Assembly: GCF_036365525.1 (NCBI RefSeq)
Contig: NC_090409.1
Location: 38,636,437-38,700,436 of the forward strand
Direction: 5' to 3'
Source of the DNA: Heterodontus francisci
Taxonomy: Eukaryota
Length of the DNA: 64,000 nt
Below, piece after piece: positions 60,515 to 64,000 of the stretch. The notes under the pieces are model-generated. The model searched no databases and was not told the DNA's origin. It saw only the letters and a program-made list of their open reading frames with translations. A program made the position numbers and the translations under genes. Position 1 is the first letter of the stretch, and every line of letters begins with the position of its first letter.

Positions 60515-61199
60515 GGTTCAGTAGTTTAAATGGAATTTACTACAGGGTATAAGACTGAGGTAACTTTGGTTCACACCTTGTGTGCTCCCAGTCATGTAAT
60601 TCCGTCCCTACATCTCTCCCGTCTCTCTCTCTCTCCCCCCCCTTTAAGATGCTCATTAAAACTGAACTCTTTGACCGAGCTTTTGGTCACCGGTCCCGAA
60701 TATCTCCTCATGTGCCCCGGGGTCAGACCGCGTCTCATTTTCCTCTGCGGCGCGGCATGCTAAAGATGCTATTGTTGACCTTGGGCCTTGCTGAGCAAAG
60801 GTTATCGACCCAGTAATTCGGAAGTGAAAGAAAGCCCCTTCGATTGACTTCATGGAGAGGATGGGTTTGTATTCTTAAAATGGAGCCCTAACAACGTCCT
60901 GAACAAGGCTGGACTGTAAAAATCTGATGTCACCCCCCCAGACCTGTCTGGCCACTCTCTGAGTCACCGTGTGGCAATATCAGATGTCATAATGACAACT
61001 TCAAAACAGAAACAGCACAGGAATGTCGTTCCTGATGATGTCATCCATACTCAGGAATACCATCACACGAGGCCTAGTGACCCCTAGTGACATGAACTGG
61101 GGCATTTAACAGCTCCAGGATCCATTCCACAATAAGCCAAGTTAACATAGCACAATGGGTAAGTTTTGTAAGGGTAAGATGCAAAGCTGGGAAGAGGCC

Positions 61200-61590
61200 A
61201 CAGAATCACGCAGCTAGGAAGGAGGCTGTTCACCCCATCGTGCCTGTGCTGGCTCTTTGAAAGTTACTATTGAATCTGCTTCCACCGCCCTTTCAGGCTG
61301 CGCGTTCCAGATCACAACAACTCACTGAGTCAAAAAAAATTCATCTTCCCCCTCTGGTTCTTTTACCGATTATCTTCAATCTGTGTCCCTCCGGTTACCG
61401 ACCCTCCTGCCACTGGGAACAGTTTCTCCTCATTTACTCCATCGAAACCCCCTCATGATTTTGAACGCCTCGATTAAATCTCCCCCTTAACCTTCTCTGC
61501 TCTGAGGAGAACAATCCCAGCCTCTCCAGTCTCTCCACATTAACTGATGTCCCTCATCCCTGGGAGCATTCCAGTAAATCTCCCTCTCCC
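61200..61590 (-). mobile_element. CR1 3' fragment
   Basis: Same family as 43700-44165. Confidence 0.85.
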
Positions 61591-61619
61591 ATGATGAGGA
61601 TTATAAAAATACACTCAAA

Positions 61620-63385
61620 TACCTACAAAAGGATATAGATAGGTCAAGTGTGTGGGCAAAGATCTGGCAAATGGAGTATAATGTGGGAAAATGTGAAATT
61701 GTCCACTTTGGCAGGAAGAATAAAAAAGAAGCATATTATCTAAATGGTGAGAGATTGCAGAGCTCTGAGATGCAGAGGGATCTGGGCGTCCTCGTGCATG
61801 AATCGCAAAAGGTTAATATTCAGGTACAGCAAGTAATTAGGAAAGCTAATAGAATGTTATTGTTTATCGCGAGGGGAATTGAATATAAAAGTAGGGAGGT
61901 TATGCTTCAGCTATAAGGGCATTGGGAGGGTGAGTTGTGAGGAGGATGCAGAGAGGCTTCAGGGTGATTTGGACAAGTTGAGTAAGTGGGCTAATGCATG
62001 GCAGATGCAGTATAATGTGGATAAATGTGAGGTTATCCACTTTGGTAACAAAAACAGGAAGGAGATTATTATTTGAACAGCGAGAAACTGAGAGAGGTCA
62101 ATATGCAGCAAGACCTGGGTGTTCTCGTACACCAGTCGCTGAAGGTAAGCATGCAGGTGCAACAGGTGGTAAAAAGGCAAATGGTATGTTGGCCTTCATA
62201 GCGAGAGGATTCGAGTACAGGAGCAGGGATGTCTTGCTGCAATTATACAGGGCCTTGGTGAGGCCACACCTGGAATATTGTGTGCAGTTTTGGTCTCCTT
62301 ATCTAAGGAAGGATGTTCTTGCTATAGAGGGAGTGGAGCGAAGGTTTATCAGACTGATTCCTGGGATGGCGGGACTGACGTATGAGGAGAGATTGAGTCG
62401 GTTAGGATTATATTCGCTGGAGTTCAGAAGAGTGAGGGGGGATCTCATAGAAACTTATAAAATTGTTTGACAGGGTAGATGCAGGAAGGATGTTCCCGAT
62501 GGTGGGGGAGTCCAGAACCAGGGGTCATAGTCTAAGGATACGGGGTAAACCTTTCAGGACTGAGATGAGGAAGAAATTTCTTCACCCAGAGAGTGGTGAG
62601 CCTGTGGAATTCACTACCACAGAAAGCAGTTGAGACCAAAAGATTGTATGTTTTCAAGAAGGAGTTAGATATAGCTCTTGGGTCTAAAGGGATCAAAGGG
62701 TATGGGGTGAAAGCGGGAACAGGTTACTGAGTTGGATGATCGGGCATGATCATAATGAATGGCGGAGCAGGCTCGACGGGCTGAATGGCCTACTCCTGCT
62801 CCTATTTTCTATGTTTCTATGAATGTGGGCATAGTGCTGTGTATAGTACTGTGTATAGTACTGGTCTCCTTATTTGAGGAAGGATGTAAATGTGTTGGAG
62901 GCAGTACAGAGAAGGTTTACTAGACTAATACCTGGAATGGGCGGGCTGTCTTATGAGGAATGATTGGACAGGCTAGGCTTGTATCCGCTGGAATTTCGAA
63001 GAGTAAGAGGAGACTTGATTGAAACATATAGGATTCTGAGGGATCTTGACAGGGTGGATATGGAGAGGATGTTTCCCCTTGTGGGAGAATCTGGAACTAG
63101 GGGTCACTGTTTAAAAATAAGGGGTCACCCCTTTAAGACAGAGGTGAGGAGAAATCTTTTCCTCTCAGAGGGTCGTGAGTCTTTGGAATTCTCTTCCTCA
63201 AAAGGCAGTGGAAGCAGAGTCTGTGAATATTTTTAAGGCAGAGGTAGATAGATTCTTGATAAGCAAAGGGGGTGAAAGGTTATCAGGGGTGTGGAGTCGC
63301 GATTACATTCAGATCAGCCATGAATGGCAGAGCAGGCTTGAGGGGCTGAGTGTCCTACTCTTGCTCTGAATTCGTATGATCGTTT
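61620..63385 (+). mobile_element. Nested CR1 fragments: 61921-62822 lies between two pieces (61620-61920 and 62860-63385) that look like one interrupted CR1
   Basis: WQMEYNVGKCE..EVMLQL breaks at ~61915; WSPYLRKD resumes at ~62860; the inner copy has its own (ATGTTTCT) tail. Confidence 0.85.
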
Positions 63386-63714
63386 GTACGTACTGGCACA
63401 GAGGAAGCATTTTAACAAGTAACCTCATGAGGTTTGTGCACACATGTTGATCTCATAGGAAGGCGGTATCTCTCTCAGGGGAAAGTCCGGACCTTCTCAT
63501 TTCAGTTTAAGCATAGAACCTCCTAGACTTGACTGGAGCAACAGTGAAACCCTGCAGCGAACGGATACCGGTGATAGCGTGAGTGGAACTCAAAGTTCAG
63601 TGTCTCAGCGGGGCTGACAACACACTGTTCTACTTTGCATTTCCTCCATGTTACCCATTCAAAGTAAGTTATAACTTTTTCAGAACTTTTAAAGTATCTT
63701 AAAACTGAAGGAAA

Positions 63715-63960
63715 ACGCTTGGGAATTGTTTGAAACTGAAGATAACCTTTTTGTGAACAGTTTCAAACAGATGATAAAGTTTTGGGGAATAGTTTAAAAT
63801 TTAAGTGAAACTTTTGGGAATAGTTTGAAGCTGAGGGAAACCTTTTGGGGATTAGTTTAAAATTTAAGTTAAACTTTTGGGAAGGATTTCAAATTTGAGT
63901 TTAAATTTTGGGACTAATTTCAGATTTAACATTACATTTTGGGAATAAATTAAAACGACA
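63715..63960. repeat. Degenerate AT-rich tandem repeat (~32 bp)
   Basis: Recurrent AACTTTTGGGAATAGTTTAAAATTTAAG-like units. Confidence 0.6.
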
Positions 63961-64000
63961 GGTAACTTTTTGAAATATCTTAAAACTGCAGGCAAGTGGC

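Larger units (their letters stand above)
58408..60829. promoter_or_regulatory. Cluster of ETS-IRF composite (EICE), ISRE and ETS-RUNX motifs; candidate immune enhancer
   Basis: GGAAGTGAAA at 58408-58417 (-), 58612-58621 (-) and 60820-60829 (+); GAAATGGAAAC at 59526; CACTTCCTGTGG at 59458. Confidence 0.45.

Overview
This is eukaryotic, repeat-dense vertebrate DNA. The repeat set (CR1, L2, RTE, Tx1 and Penelope retroelements, V-SINE and Deu-domain SINEs) points to a cartilaginous fish such as a shark; that assignment is inference. One host gene is supportable: a + strand, four-coding-exon B7-family immunoglobulin-superfamily gene most similar to ICOS ligand. Its exons are signal peptide 33962-34013, IgV 36793-37125, IgC 37863 (or 37821)-38156 and terminal exon 45394-45503, giving about 262 or 276 aa. 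It ends in a GPI-signal-like hydrophobic tail with no cytoplasmic domain. Nearly all long ORFs in the track are retroelement fragments or artefacts of minisatellites whose unit length is a multiple of 3. Main points of interest: (1) two diverged Tx1 retrotransposons whose 5' ends join the same position of a 70-bp minisatellite (candidate satellite-targeting family); (2) the tail-less, extra-cysteine ICOSL-like protein; (3) an inverted SINE pair bracketing the gene's 7.2-kb last intron; (4) a Penelope hammerhead ribozyme motif in the sense strand of that intron; (5) an orphan QSOX-like WCGHC fragment; (6) a cluster of ETS-IRF composite motifs downstream. Repeat boundaries were read by eye and are approximate. 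No database search was run.
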